Below, piece after piece: positions 12,744 through 28,400 of a DNA stretch of 64,000 nucleotides. The DNA is taken from the NCBI GenBank assembly GCA_022813965.1, contig JALDZS010000122.1:1-64000 (forward strand). Direction: 5' to 3'. The first letter of the stretch is position 1. Each line of letters opens with the position of its first letter. Position numbers and translations under genes: made by a program. Source of the stretch: Toensbergia leucococca (taxonomy: Eukaryota). The notes beneath the pieces are model-generated. The model worked only from the letters and a program-made list of their open reading frames with translations. It was not told where the DNA came from and searched no databases.

Positions 12744-14740
12744 AATTGAAGGTCGCCTTTCGGCTGTAGCTCTTCGGGATCAGCCGCTCTAATAGAATGT
12801 ACAATTCATGCCTGGAACCAAGGGATGACTGGCATAGTTTCATGTATGTTTCTAGGCTTAGTCGCAGGACACACCTGTCCGCAAAATAAACTGTGTTCAA
12901 GCGACTTATAGGAACATATTAAGCGGCGAATCCATTTTTTTCGTCACTGTACTTAGTTTTTATTGAAAATTTCAGGTGTTGTTACCGCCACGGAGACTCT
13001 GAGCTAAATTCATGTTGTAAGCTAGATAATATTTCTGGGTCACTATTGGATTTTCGTAAGAAGTGCTCATTTCTTCTCGGTGTTTGGTCCTCAATAAAGG
13101 ACAGCGTAGAATCCTGTTCATTAGCTGCACCAAAAGAGATTAAAGCAAAGAAAATATACTTACCTCAATGACGCTGAGTAGATGCTAAGGAGTCAAGAGG
13201 GATTCCTGCAAGTGGCATTACCCTCCATTTTGCTTGGACATGATGAGGGCAAAAGATAGGCCTGAGCAATAAGATACCCATTCAGACAAACGCGGAGGCA
13301 CGTGCATGGAATTGAACATTAAAGAGACACATGGCACAACATCGTATAGAAGCACAGCATAGATAGATTGAAATGTGAACGAGGATAGAAAGCTCGAGAG
13401 CATACCCTGTTTGCAATGTTTTGGTGAAGAAGAAAAGCAGGGACGAGATCGGCTAATCTTCAAGCATCAGCTACCAAGTATGATGAAGAAGACGCCCAGT
13501 GCTACAAGTCTCAAGTGTCAGGGGATGGAATGTCTCGCAGCAAAGTCCGTTCGAGGTGCGTGTAGCTAGTGTGAAATGGAATCGAGGGTGAGATCGGCGT
13601 ACCTGTTTGTATAAAAATACATAAGATGGATGAGCAGAACATAGTTGCTCTGTTCTCAAATTCCTCACAAAATCCCTGTCAGAGTATCCGTAGAATAGAG
13701 TAAAAATCCTGCCCCCACCCACCACCACCGCCATCAACCCTCCCTTCCCCCTCCCCTCCCTTCTACCATATTCTAGAAAAAAAGCCAGCTCAACACACAC
13801 ATACACATACCCCAACCCACCCACATCAAACCCCCCGCCTCAAAACCCCCACACCCCCTCTAAACCCCCACCCCCCCCCCTTCTCCCTTCCCTTCACTTC
13901 AACATATTTTCCCCCAAAATCTCCACCGAGCCCGCTCCACGAGGCCTGCCCCACATCGAGCAGATCCATTCAAGACTGTGCAACAAGCTTTCTGACGTCA
14001 TGAGTGTTTGTAGGTGTAAGCTGATCTGTCACATAGAATAGATAGATACAGCTGGTATTTGATGTAAAAGGCAGGCAGACAGTGACAAACACCATGTTTG
14101 AGAGTGAGCCGGTGGCCGATAGCATGGAGAGCTTAATCTCATCGCTGCCCTTCCTAGTAGTTGATCACGTGGCAGTAGATATGGAGACAGCACAAGTGAA
14201 TCACAGGCACACACACCATGGACGAGGATAATTGAACGAATGAATGGATCTGATTTGATTTCGCTGCCCAGTCTCCCCTTCTAGATACACTTCTCCACCC
14301 CAGCAACCCCCTCTCCCACCCTACCACCTTAGCGCAATAGCTATTAATCTTTGAAGAGAAACACTCCAGAACGACGGACTGACTGAGTCTAGGTATTAGA
14401 AACAAAAAGAAAAACGTTGTCCAAAAAGGAATGTATATACTCGCTCCCCTCTTTCCCTCCCCCGCAAAGAGAAAACACGAGGCAAGCGAAAAGTAACCCG
14501 TCTATATATCCACTCTAGCCAGCCCCGTCCCTAGAAAGGAGATAACTCCAAAGCGCCCAACGACAGGTGTCGCTCGAGTCGTGTCTATGCCATCCCACCA
14601 AGAAAACGCCGGTTTGGAATCCGAAGAGGACGAATGGAAATCCCTCAAAGCGAGTGACAGGTAGTATTAGTATAGAGTCGTGCCCGAACAATGCTAGACA
14701 ACGTGCTGAAAATGCAAAGCAAAGCACTCAAAGTAAGATA

Positions 14741-17700
14741 TCACCACGAGAACGTCATCAGCGCCGGGTTCAGCACGATAGGCAAGAGCATGTGACTGAT
14801 AGTCACAGTAGCCATGGGTAAAATGGCGACAAAATCCTTGATCTGCCAGTCTGGAGGGATAAAGGTACCAGTGGCGAGAAGGATCATGCCGACGATACCG
14901 ACAAGAGCGAAAGTCATGCTGAACTTGAATTTCTTGAGCACTTTGGGCACTTCAATAAAGAAGTTAGAAAACTCGGCTTCTTTCGATGTGGCTCCCCATG
15001 TCATGTCGACTTCAAACATGTGGGCAAGAAGGGCGGCCGAGACGTGAAGGGAGAGACCACCGAGGAAGATCGCAAACATGAAGGTCCACTTGAAATTTTC
15101 CATTACTATAGGTGATGTTAGCAAGCATTTGATTGGAGGGCTAATAGGTAGAGAACTTACGAGATGACATGAATGTTCGGTCGCCAGTACGGTATCGCAT
15201 GACAGCGAGGGCGATATTTCCGAGACCATTGAATACGATGATAATGGAGAACCACACCTTCCACGAGTCGATGTAGTACTTATCGAGGTAACCATTGAAC
15301 CAACCAATGGCAAAGTAATTGACAGTGGTCAAAATCCATGCGGCACCAATGGCGTAATATGTACCGATGTAGGAAACAATGGTAATCTTAGAGGTCAATC
15401 GGATGTTCGAGAACAAGAAGCCACGGAACAGGGGAGTGAATGGGCCACGTATGAGCCAAAAGCGCATTGGGTGGAAGAGCAACTCGTTACATCCATAGGC
15501 ATATTTCTCCCATCTGGCAAGTTCATCGTAGACTGTAAGCGACACACCTTCCTTGAAACCATCATTGGCCCATGCAGACAAGCGGATAATGTAGCCATTG
15601 CACTGGAGCCGGAGCGACATGTCGAAATCTTCTGACACATGTGACTCTGACCAGAATTTTTCGTAGTTGTCCTCGTCGACGTAGCTAACTTGCTGTACAG
15701 CTGACCAACGCAGGATGGCGTTGTGACCGACAAAGGGAGCCACGTCACCATTGGAGACGGTGTATCGGATAGCAGTGTAAATCAAGTTGGTGAAGAAAGT
15801 AATACCGTTCTCAAAGTAGGTATTGACAACTTGCATGACACCGGAGGAGAATTGCATGATGCCAACATCTGGTGACTGCTCCATCTCTGAAGCAGCATCG
15901 AGAATGCAGTCCGAAGGGACACGAGTATCCGAGTCAACTATGCTGATGTTAGCGTCATGGCGGTAGTTGTAGAACTCGTTGACCTACTGAGAAGAATATA
16001 GTCGCCGATACGAACATTGCCATCGGCCCATGCAACACCATCTCGCTCTTCGAGGACTTCCTTTAGACATCTCTCATAAGCGACTGCCTCATCCTGTTGA
16101 GTCCAGCCTTGGGGACGATCGATAAGTAGCAATTTTTCCTCAACCTTGCACGAGATCATGAGACCGTAATTCATGTTGGAAGCCTAAGCGAAGGGAAGTC
16201 AGCTCGGGCTCCTCGGTGGTCAGACAGTTATTATGATTGGTGTATCAATCCAAAGATTGGGCAGATCGACGCCACATGGCCATTTAGAGTAAGCAGAGTC
16301 ACACCCTCTAACTGAATATGCTGGCATAACTGACGCAACGAATTCTGATAGGTGGACACAGCAGGATTGATATCCAGAATAAGAAGTGGAGAAATGATAA
16401 AGTGACCACGTACCTTTTTAAATTTACCCTTTCGAATAAAGCCGTCTTTACCATGCTTGGGACGAGCAGTCCATCCAATAGAATGATCCGCATAAAATTC
16501 AATGCGTGCACGTCTATCATCTTCGTCGATGAGCTGAAGACCATCATCGTTGATGAACATGTTGGCCGAACCACCTTGAAGCTCATAGGTCGAGATGGCC
16601 TGCTTGATAGATTTGACAGTGGGCGCAATAACAGAGTGCAAACCTTCCTTATACACAGGACATTGGATAGTAACATGAGGAAGCTCGCGGCCCGTGATAC
16701 GTGGTGAAACCTTGGCTGAGTAATATTTGGAGTTGGCCTTCATCTGTCGGACAGGACCAATACATTGAGCGGTACAACCAACAATGACCTGTGCGAAGAA
16801 CTGCAACGAAAAATTAGATCAAATATCGGTGTGACTATCATTCAATTGGAGTTTCTTACCAACGTAAAGAAGACCTGGACAGGAGTGAGAGCCAGAAAAG
16901 CCAGACGCATCATGTTTTTGTCAACAGAGACTTCGATAGCGATTTCTCGGAAACCAGCTCCTAGGACAGTAATGATGAGAATCATAGTAAGAGCAACGAG
17001 GACTGAATTTTGTAGGTGAGTAGCTCGGAATTGAGGGACAATCTCCCCGGACTCCTCGTCGATTTCGACTTCCGTAACGTTGAAACCCTTTTTGGGCTCT
17101 CCAGATTCAACCTCTTCAGGCTCTCCAGTCTGCCACACGAGTTCCATCAATTCTGACTCGATCGCTTTTGCTCGTTGCATAAGGTTGAGTGCGTCATCAT
17201 CCCACACGACGAGGAGGGCCTCTTCGGCGATAAACGCGGCGAATTGATGTTTCCGCGCTCGAGGTAGCTCTTCGATCGTCGCTAGAATTTGAACACGAAG
17301 CCCATTTTTGAGAGGCACATCAGTGGCTTCCGTGGACCAACCCAAGAAGACTTTGATGACTCTCGAATTGACCGTCATTGCCGTCTAAGAATTATAAGTA
17401 AAACTTTCCAACAAAATGTCGGGAGAATACTGACTTGAACATTTAACTCGGAGCAAGCTGCAGCGAACCTAGAGGTGGCCAGCTGTGGAGGGCAAGCAAT
17501 GTACTCATAACGATTCTTTTTCAACAAGACACCCTCCAATTCACCACTACCGTCACTAACCCAGAGATTCGAACATTGTTGCTGGTATAAGTAGTTGACC
17601 ATTACTTCGTGTTTGATTTCATCGACATACGTTGAGCTTCGCGTCGACGGAGCAAGTGATGCTCTCGATGAAGCAAGCTTTGGTGTCCCGCTGGCACTTG

Positions 17701-17803
17701 CTCCGTATTTGTTTCCTGGTTTCTCGCTCATAGGGATTGGAGGTGGAGGCGGAGGTGGAGGCACCTCCGCCTTCTTGGGCTTGAAATAGCTACCGATACC
17801 CAT
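14741..17803 (-). CDS. Processive-type membrane glycosyltransferase family 2 (multi-exon)
   Basis: Motifs VTIQCPVYKE, FINDDG, spliced KKASNMNYG, DSDTRVP, APFVGHNAILRW, SEDFD, ELARWEKYAYG, plus several C-terminal TM helices. Confidence 0.92.
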
Positions 17804-20755
17804 TGTCTCAAATGGAGCTTTCACTTATGACAGGGCTCGAGGGTGGTCAGATCACCACTTGGCCAAAGCCAAAGCGAATGTGATTGAAGACTCCTGGCGG
17901 TATTCAGGCAACGAAAGCAGGTTGGTGATAGCGAGAGACTGATCCAGGTTAATTACAATCCCCAGTCCCGTCGAATACTGAAACGATTGAAGTTCGAAAC
18001 TGGAAAAAGATCAGTCAATGCTCGATGTCCTCAGTAGTGATGGAGCAGCGAGTTGCATACAGTGCAAGTCCTAAGTGAGGACAGACCTTTCGAAGCTGCC
18101 GGTAAACCTGTGTTAGTTCCGAGACAATGGATCGAGCAACGAAAAAGCGAATGGTGCGGTGGGAGAGGAACGAATGTGATGAAGAAACAAGCAGGAAGGG
18201 AATAGGTGAAAATAATTGAACCCAAGTACGGCAAAACTAAGAGGCAAAAACTAAAGCACTAGCTAGGTCTCGTTCTAAGAGGGGGCTTGATATTCCTACT
18301 GGACTCAGCTAGGCCTCGCCCAAACGATTGATTGATGTGAAGCAGCGCATTGGATCTTCCACTATGAAGAAGGCTTGCGGAAGATACCAAATTAATCTGG
18401 ACCGTGATCCATGAAACCCATATGGCGCTATCGGAGCCCTAGTTTCTCAATGACAAGGGTCCAACCGAGCCGCCTTAGGTCTGTTACCTTGGCGGCTTTA
18501 CTGCCGATCAGGATTGTTGTCATCCGACGAGGATGGGTGGGATTGCATGCCAATGGACAGCAAGAATATTGGAACAAGTGCATCACGAACATGAAGCATG
18601 TATCATGTCGTTGAGAAGCAGCGGGGCAGAGGGCGAAGCAGGCAGCAGCAAGGTCCGATAGTGTTTGCAAGTTCCAGTACCAAGGACGCAACAACAAAGC
18701 GTGGGAGCGTGGCACACGGCCTACGGGCGACGGCATGGTTCTCGAAGCGCACTATGGCCACTGATCCAGCGGCGTTTGCGTGATGGCTCAAAGAAGAATC
18801 AGCGGACTGGTGGTTGAAACCATTGTGGTTAGAGGCAGCTTTGTTGCGTCTCAATCGGGTATGATGCAAGTTTTCTGTTGAATCAATTTGCAGGGAGATG
18901 TCTGAAGTTGGACTAGCTCAGTGACTGCATTCCGATGCGGAAAGGGTAGACCATTCAGGGCCAAGTGCCAGATAAAGTTCGAATGGTGCAGCAAACGGCC
19001 ATGGCCATCTAGCAATCTATTCTTGGACGACGGGCATCAAAAACACATGCACCATCCCCGCTCGTGCATGATGGATTCTCGTACTCGCTATTCCAACCTG
19101 TGCATTGCGTCGCTTGACACACCTCCAGATATCGACCTCTCCGCCTCCTTCGATCCATGTGTTCGAGACGGAAGCTGATATCTGTTGTTCACCGACGCCC
19201 GAGATCGAGTGTCGCGATGCTGAAGCTGCGGGGTCGGTAGCTTGGGCTTAGGCGTTTTCCCTTTCCCTTGTTCATTCGACTGTACGTTAGGCTTTTACAT
19301 GTCGCAAATACAAACACGAGTCTTCCATGGCTCCCCCGGACGAGGCGTATCTGGCGTAGGTAAATCCCTGGTACGCCAACGCAGCCTGCATTCTTTCTGG
19401 GAATCACATAGGTGGGAGTAGAGTAAGTAGCTATGACACGGCACACGCCAGTGAGATGCGGATGTTACTGAGTCGGCCCCTTTTGAAACCTGACAGCAAC
19501 CCTGCGCCAATAAATCAATAATCATCATCGTATCACTGCAAGTCAGCGGTACCCAGTACCCACTCTACTCCATTCTCTCAAATCTTGCTTCTTGCTCTCC
19601 CACACCTCGGCTTTCCCTCACTCCGGTTTTATGTGCCTTCATGTGCCGTTTCTCCATTCCTGTGCCCAGTCTCGTGTCGATCTTTGCGATAATTATTAAC
19701 GTGTGCTATTGTTGGGAGAAGAGGGAAAGACGGATATTCCGTCCGGGCGGGATGAGAATCGAGTGGATGATCTTGGCGTCAGGTACAAACAAGGCCAGGG
19801 GCTGTGATAGGCCTCCTGCTTAGCAAGGCAAAGGCAAAGCAGCAAGCTTTTTGTCCACGTCGAGTTATCACGTTATTCCATTTGTTGGGGTCATCGAAAT
19901 CATTGGCTCCCCAATCTCTAGAAATTCTATGCCACCTGCCACGGAATATTCTTCATTCCCTTGCAGCCAAATATCGATTTTGTCATGGTAGAAAGGCTGA
20001 ATCAATCTCCACTCTGTTGCTACATAATTTGACACTTTCGAATTCTGTGTGGCGTTTCGTCATGCTTGTCCAGGACCGTGGCTTGTAGATTGCATAATCT
20101 GCCAGATGTAGGACATTTTAATTTCGGAGATTTGAAGATCATTGCTGAAGCGAGTCACATCCTGGAACGACAACCAAGTCTCGTCGTCGCACAGGAACAG
20201 ATTGGGAATCATGGATGACGAGGCCTGCTGTATTCGGTCAATGCTCAGCTCCACATAATCCAGGGTGGAAATGATCAAGTCAAGTGTATTTCCAAATATG
20301 GATAATCAACAATTTAGGGTTTGATATCACAAAGCCACCATGTAACTTTGACATATTCTATCCAACCCTCGACCGCGCGGCTAGTGTGATGAGACCTTCG
20401 AGAGTGTTTCGCTGCTAGGTCCAGTGGTTGGGAGAAGTTTTGCTCATTGGGTTTGAGTCTTGAAATTGCCTTCATCCAAATAATACGAGTAGGGATGCTG
20501 GACAGCGTGCGAACACGGCGGTAACATCAAATGAATGGTTGATTGATGACTAGATTATGTGTATGTCTAATACCGGTTCATGTACCACGACATCCCGTGA
20601 TAAAAAGTGGCTTAAACGTTGATACCATTGCCATATAAATCGAAAAAACTCCAGGTATCCATACAACTCCTTGAATCTTGAGTGACCATATTCTAAATCC
20701 TATGCAAAACACCTTGATCTATACTCGTGAGCCCACTGAACGCAAAAGCAACTGT

Positions 20756-22192
20756 TTAACATCCATTATAACCGGATTGTTGCCAGATTTTCACACTCGA
20801 AACTGTCATCTGTCCTGTGTTCTCCCATGTTGGTTGCCATTGTGCACGAGCATCCCAGAAATCTTTCCTAGCCGTAGGCGACTGGTCGACCCAAGGTTTA
20901 TTGGATTTCCCATCCTCAAACCAACCGTTAGTGGAGCCGACGGCGACGTTGAGAATCAAATAAAATTCCTGATCAAACGGTGTAGCATCATTACCAGTTT
21001 GGCTCCAGGGATCGACCAAACGTGTTCCATTGCTGTCGTCAAGAGGAAAATTGCCCCGTTGCCATAGCGGCTGGTTAAAAGTCGAGTAGAGAACTTGAAG
21101 CAGACGAGTGTCGATGTAGGTGAACAAGTACTTTTCGCTCCATTCCATCCCAAAAGTATGGACCTTCTTGTTGAAGGTGGTATGAAGGGCGTTCCGCTTG
21201 ACGTTGGTTCTCCACCAAGCATCGTTAGCGGTATTCGGACCCCAATGAAGAGCGCTGGAGATGATGTTATCTCCGCCCTGCGCATAGGTGTAATTATTTC
21301 CACGGGACTCTGCGATATCGATTTCTCCGGATTGGGGCCATGGACCGTAAGTTTCCTTTACAGGTAACATCCATATTCCTGGCCATAACCAATCTCCAGC
21401 AGGTAGTGTAGCTGTGACCTCAACACGCCCATATTTGATGGTTGCACCTTTCTTCGTGTTGATGCGACCCGACTTTACGGGATTGACAATGCTCCCGTTT
21501 GTCGTGTTCGTGACAGTATGACAATTAGACCAGACAGTCGACGAGCAAATGCCTTGCTTGTCAAGATCGATGACATTGTCGGTTTCGATCAAGTTCGCGT
21601 CTTGAAGTGTAGGCTTGATAATTAGATTTCCGTTCTGAATGAAAACATTTTCTTCAGTAACAGTGGTCTCTTCAAATTGCCCATTTCTAATCTATGTTAG
21701 CTTTGATTCGAAAAGGACGAGATGATAACCCTACCCGAAACCACCAACTTCTGCCTCTTTGGTCCAAACCTTAGTATTGAATCCTTCTGACCAATCTTCG
21801 TCCAAAATAGAGCAGTAGGTATGATTTACGATTGTTTGTAGACCGTCGAAAACCAAAAAGGCAGCCATAGCTAAGCCGAGAGCCATGCCAATCAAAGGAA
21901 TGATTGTAACCCATTTCTCCCTTGGATCTTTTCTTTCCAGCCATGGCCTTTCGACCTCTCCTTTGCGAACCCTTCGAGAGTGGAAGTACTTCTGACTCAA
22001 GGCCTGCTGGTGGATGTTCAATGCCGAAGAGGAGGCATTGGTGGATGCTGGTCTGGAAGTAAATGGTGTTCCGAAGGGATTGCGACTATTATGATGTTGT
22101 ACAGCAGGTGTAATAGAATCCTCAGGAGTTCCTGGGCGCATTGGAGTCATATTGGCCGAGGTGGTAGCGGTATTAGTGTGGGAGTAGTCCAT
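20756..22192 (-). CDS. Membrane-anchored GH16 beta-1,3-glucanase / glucan-binding (CCF/GNBP-like) protein
   Basis: Catalytic EIDIAE, LWPGIWMLP and PFDQEFYLILNVAVG motifs. Single TM (WVTIIPLIGMALGLAMAAFLVF). Intron 21687-21734 joins GGFG-NGQFE. Confidence 0.92.
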
Positions 22193-23784
22193 CTTGATGA
22201 TGGGAAGGCCCAAATGCCAACAATGATGAGAACAATTCCTTTGATTGATTGACTCACAAACAGGGCAAACGAATGTATGTAGCTGAGCACAATATGGAAA
22301 GAGTGGAAAGTGAGAATAAAGAGAGAAGGACAATAGGTAAGACAGGCACGGGAGAGATTGACCCTTATTATTGCCGTCGATCAGTAGAAGATTCGTGCCC
22401 GATGTAGCGACCTAGATGAACTGGGCCATGCCCTAGGACCGTCCAGGCCGATATATTGATACCGCTATTGCTATCACCCATGTTCCTGCAGCTAGCCAGA
22501 CTCCCTGCCGGGATTTCCATATTGAGCTAAAGTGGTGAGACAGCAAGAAGATTCCTAGTTCCAAGGTGCACGTGACTGTGGCGTAGCGAGAACCTTGATT
22601 GGAAGTTGGGTTCATCTATGATCTACCTATCCAGGGTTTCGATGTGTCGAGACAGGCGACAATTAATTCTAGCGCACATACTATATTATAAGCGCAGTGA
22701 CATGACTCAGGAGGAACGAGCTGAGCGCCACTGGCGACGAAGAATCTGATGCAGTCAGCTCCTTGATGCGACCCATCTCACTGCCTTCCGTGGCTAGACG
22801 CTTGTTCGCTCAAGGTAAGAAGAAGGATGCGGAGCTACTGAATGATGCACTGCTTGAAATGGAAGCTCCTCTAAAGCACAACACTCTAGAATGTATTAGG
22901 AAGGGACAATCGCGACGAAAATGATTAATATGTTTCGTTTGTTTGACACTAATCAAAACAACTCGCTTGTCCTTGACATTCGGAGAGGCCAATGTATGAG
23001 TATAGTTTTGCTAGGTACTTCATGTGTATGCCCTGCATCCTTCGGAAACGCCCGTTGCTCGGGCACCGGAGAGCAATAAATCTACGCTGTACATACTACG
23101 TACATGCACCGCCAATAACTATGTAATGCGCAGAGTTTGGCTGCATTACAAAGAGACAAAAAACACATCGAAGACTGAAACTAGTTCGCAGTTTATTGGC
23201 CTTTCTTTCGACATAAATCACTTCAGATGACCTGGGACAAAAAGGAAACATTGACGTCAGCCTTTGATCGTCTTCATCCCCATTTGGGACTTCAGCCACT
23301 GCAGACGACGAATTAGGAGTGAGCATGCCAAAGACCTTACCAAGTCTATCCTCGTGAGAATCGACAGAGAATGGCCAATCATATGAGCCCAGTCTTCAGT
23401 AGGTATGGAGCACGGTATAAACCGGCCTATCCATTTTGGCTGGGGTTTGAATTACCTAGCTTTCAGCCAGCCAAAGTCCAGAAGCCAAGAAACCCTATCT
23501 CGGTGGAGCTTCGGGAGTGGGTCTTCCATCAAGCCTCACGTACTCGTTGGGAATAGGTCAAAAACAAGTCAAATACCTAGGCAATATGCATTTGTGACTG
23601 CTAAATACAGTGAATAGAATAGTTGAAGTTGGGGTTGAGTCACGTATAATAAGAAAGATCTGCAAAACTGCAACATGCTGCAAATGCAATACCCTGGCTC
23701 ACCTGGGCATCTGCGGTTCCAACTTCGGCAGTCACGAATCGTGTATTGGAAATGAGGGCTGGGGTTAAGGAACGTAGGAAAAAA

Positions 23785-23816
23785 GGGATAAAGGGATAAA
23801 GGGATAAAGGGATAAA
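23785..23816. repeat. (GGGATAAA)x4 tandem repeat
   Basis: Read directly, in the GH16-GH3 intergenic region. Confidence 0.9.
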
Positions 23817-25466
23817 GTAGTCGCATATAGGCGTTGTGGCATTGCAATCGCTTTATCATTCCTGCCGAAAACCTGCGCCTCATCCAAGAATCCACACACC
23901 CTCTTTTCTTTCAACCGCAGAGCCGATCCCCCAAAAATAATCACCGTTAGCAATCTCAGTCAACCCAGTTAGAAGTTCAGCCTAGGGCCGCCCACCACAC
24001 TCGTAGATGTAGTGCACTAGGAGACTAGGTACTCACTTGCACTCAACCTACAGTTAACCCCACCAACCCACACGACCACCACGATAATTTTCCATCCGCT
24101 TATCTGACATCTTCCACCAATCGATTTGTCTGCAGATACGAGCGCCTGTCTCTGGCCGGCTGACTACTAGGTCACTTGTTCAATGAAATATTATGACAAA
24201 GTCAACTTGAGGACCATAATGAAGGCTGGATACGCCGGCGATATTGCAGGTGTCTGGTATATGTCCAACACCAGACTCAATAACCGATACCCGAATCCAA
24301 GAGACACCATCACAATCGAAGGAATGGGTATATTTTCTCATGTCTGTCAGTCGTGCATCGAGTATATGCGATGGTTTCAGCTGTACCTGCCAACGCTCAG
24401 CTACACCAAATAATGAACTCAATATAGTCCCAGGTAAGGCTACTGAGTCTTCATCAAACGAGGCAATTTTCATGGGATCACTGGTTAGGCACTAGGTTGA
24501 ATCATTCAGCTATTACCGATCTTCTATTTTCCGTCCTTCTCCTCTTTTTCCTCACAACAGAGATCAATGCCGCACCACAGTGATATGCGAGTATCAAGAC
24601 CACTCATCGCGCAGGATCTCTTATCTTGTCAATAACGAGACGCTTCGATCGGATCACTGGAAACTAGAAACTCGTTGCCACGAGAAGTGAGCCGGTTGCT
24701 GCTCTCGTGTTCGGACGCTTGCAGTCGTGGAGAACCTGTGGGTGAATGTGACCAGAGGATAAGCCCCATCCATACTACCTGACTAATAGCAGGCACTCAG
24801 TACGTGGATGTCTTCTCGCTCCAAGAACCAACGATGGAGGCTAGATTGCGGCAGCCTGGCGCTATCTCTTGGCCAATGGCTTTACGACAATGCCATAAGT
24901 CGTCCTTCGAATGAAGAGAGCGAGGTTAGGATGGAGTCCTTTGTCATCGACGTACTTTTCGATGTACATTAGAAGCGCATGAGTATGACATCAGGCTTGG
25001 ATGGTAACCTAGGTAGGTTCGGCATCAAGCTGCTCATGATCAGTGGAGCTAGAGAATGTAGCAGTCCATAGTTGAAATTAACTTAGTAGATCAACGTGTT
25101 CTAGACTTCAAATGCTTTACAGACTGTGGATGCACACTGTGTGTTGCACAGCATGCAGATTGTAGTTTGACAGAAGTTACATATCAACTGGCTAGGCCTC
25201 ATCGATGCCAAAGCGTAAATAGAGTGCATCACATCACAGCAAGCATTTTATCTGCCTTTGCACTTCAGAATTATCATGAGTACGTGGTAACTCTATGCCA
25301 GGAGATGTGACTCCCTTGTGACGATGTACATTTCGATAATTCAATTATGATTGCATGAACGAGTGTTCACCACGATCGAAATAACTCTCCCCCACTACAC
25401 CACTTCAAGCTGCAACGAGATCCGATATTCTGCCCCCACTAATCCTTACTTCAACGTTTTCCTCCG

Positions 25467-28400
25467 ATGCCACGTCAGGAAGACCTAGATGGCAGTCGGG
25501 AAGGTCTTTTGCCATCGAAGCGCTCCACACCCCTACGACCTTCCCTCGAGGCAGCTTACCGCTCCTCATCAGAATGGGGGGAAGAGCTAGATGAATTAGA
25601 CCTACTCGACGGCGAGAAAGTCGACTACAGACAGCCCAATGGACATCGGCGAAAGCGGAGAAATGAGCCTGAAGTATCTGCTTTTGGACATGACGCCTTC
25701 AACCTCACACCCAAAGGTAAATCACCAAGATTAGGAAGATTCACGAGATGCTTGAAGCCGTCAAAGACATGCCTCCTCATTACATTCATCCTCCTCGGTA
25801 GTGTAATATTGCTTCTAGTCAGCGGAGGCTTCTATGTGTACAAGGCTGCGCCTACAGACGGGGTAGGTTACCTCCAGATCTGATTAACTGTAAAGCTAAT
25901 TATGGTATGAAAAGCAATCGCCACCTTGGTATCCATCACCTCTCGGAGGAACTCTACAGCCATGGGAAAAAAGTTACCGAAAGGCACAAGTCATGGTGAC
26001 AAAGATGAGCTTGGTTGAAAAAGTAAACATTACCACAGGTGTTGGTTGGTCTCAAGGCTTGTGTGTGGGTAATACAGGGCCTGCGAGCAGCGTTGGCTTT
26101 CCCCCCTTGTGTTTGCAAGACGGGCCTCTAGGACTTCGCTTCACAGATCATAGTACTGCCTTTCCTGCTGGTGTTACCGTTGGAGCAACATGGAATAAAG
26201 AACTAATGTATCAGAGGGGTAAAGCACAAGGGCTGGAAGCCAGGTTGAAAGGTGTCAATGTTCTCTTGAGCCCTTGTATGGGACCACTAGGCAGAATGCC
26301 TGCTGGGGGGAGGAATTGGGAAGGATTTGGACCAGATCCCGTCTTACAGGGTATTGCTTCTGCTGAAACGATCAAAGGGATTCAAGAGGAGGGTGTGATG
26401 GCAACAGCTAAGCACTATATCTTGAATGAACAAGAGCACTTTCGACAGGCCTTTGCTTGGGGATTACCAAATGCCATGTCCTCTAACTTGGACGATCGGA
26501 CGTTGCATGAATTATATCTGTGGCCATTCGCTGATAGTATCAGAGCCGGCGTGGCGAGCGTTATGTGTAGCTACAACATGGTCAACAACTCATACGCTTG
26601 TGGGAACAGCAAACTCATGAACGGGATACTCAAGGATGAGCTTGGCTTTCAGGGCTTTGTCCAATCGGACTGGCTTGCGCAAAGAAGCGGAGTGGCAAGC
26701 GCATTGGCTGGTCTTGACATGACAATGCCCGGAGACGGTCTGGGATGGATGGATGGGAATTCATTGTGGGGTCCGCAACTTACCAGGGCTACCTTGAATG
26801 GTTCCGTACCGATGGAGCGATTGAATGATATGGTTACGAGGACCGTCGCAGCATGGTACCAATTAGGACAGGATAATAAGACAGTCTGGCCTCCTCCGCC
26901 ACCAGATGGTGACGGCGGTCCCAACTTCTCTTCCTGGACTGACGAGGCAGAAGGCTTCATTCATCATGGAAGCGATGACAAGACAAAGGCAATAGTCAAC
27001 AAGTTTGTGGACGTTCAAGGAAAGGGCGAAGCTTTCCATGGCCGTCTTGCCAAACAAGTTGCGGCAGAGGGAACAGTTCTTGTAAAGAATGAAGGTGGTA
27101 TCCTTCCGTTGAGTCGTAATGGCTGGTATGGAAAGGACAAGCCTTCTGGAGATGCCAAGTACAAGGTGGGTGTGTTCGGAGAGGATGCAGGGCCTGGAGA
27201 AGGGCCTAACGTGTGCCCTGATCGAGGATGCAATCAGGGTACTCTGGCTTCTGGGTGGGGAAGCGGAGCTGTCGAATTCCCTTACTTGGTCACACCAATC
27301 AAAGCACTGGAATCCGAATTCGATGCCGACAATGTACAACTGACCAGTAATCTTGAAAATGACCCACCGCTAGGCAAAAATCCGTCTATTGTCGAAGATC
27401 AAGATCTTTGCATTGTCTTCGTCAACTCAGATGCCGGCGAAGGATTTATTTCTTGGAACGGTCTTCGCGGTGACAGAAACGATCTCTATCCTCAAAAAGG
27501 CGGCGACAAGCTTGTCCAAGATGTAGCTCCACGCTGCGGCAAAGGTAACGGCAAGACAGTAGTAGTCGTGCATACCGTCGGCCCTGTAGTCCTCGAACGC
27601 TGGGTTGACCTTCCGGGCGTCAAAGCTGTCATCCTTGCCAATCTCCCAGGCGAAGAAAGTGGAAATGCGCTCGCCTCTGTTCTCTTTGGCGACGTCGACG
27701 CAAGCGGCCGTCTTCCATACACGGTTGGCAAATCGCTTGCCGACTACGGCGACGCTGGTCAAATCCTCTACTACCCCAACGCCGTCGTGCCGCAGCAAAA
27801 CTTTACCGAAGGCCTCCTCATCGACTACCGCCACTTTGACAAATACAACATCACCCCCCGCTATGAATTTGGCTTCGGTCTCTCTTATACAACCTTCAGC
27901 TTCACAAACATAATTCTTACAACGCTCATTCCTAAATCCCCACTCCCATCCCCCCGGCCTTCCTCCCTCTCTCCTCCTACCTATCCGACCATCGTCCCCT
28001 CCCCCTCTACAGCCCTCTTCCCTACCAATTTCCGCAAGCTAAAAAACTACATCTACCCCTACCTTTCCACCTCGGATCTCAAGGAAGGCCACTATCCCTA
28101 CCCCCACGGCTACAGTATAGCCCAACCTCCCTCCCCAGCCGGCGGCGCACAAGGCGGCAACCCCTCCCTCTGGGACACCCATCTAGGCGTTAATATCACC
28201 GTCACCAATACCGGTACCCGCGCAGGCCAGGAAGTAGTGCAGCTCTACCTCTCCTTCCCGCCCAACGTCATCGACGATGTCACCGGCGAGACTGTCGAAT
28301 TTCCCGTCAAGGTGCTCCGGGCGTTTGAGAAGGTGAAGTTGGGGGGTGGGGAGAGTACTGTTGTTAGCTTGGGGCTGACGAGGAGGGATCTTAGTTTTTG

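Noticed and set aside
24183..24413. 76-aa ORF in the GH16-GH3 intergenic region
   Set aside because: No motif, splice partner or codon-bias support visible.
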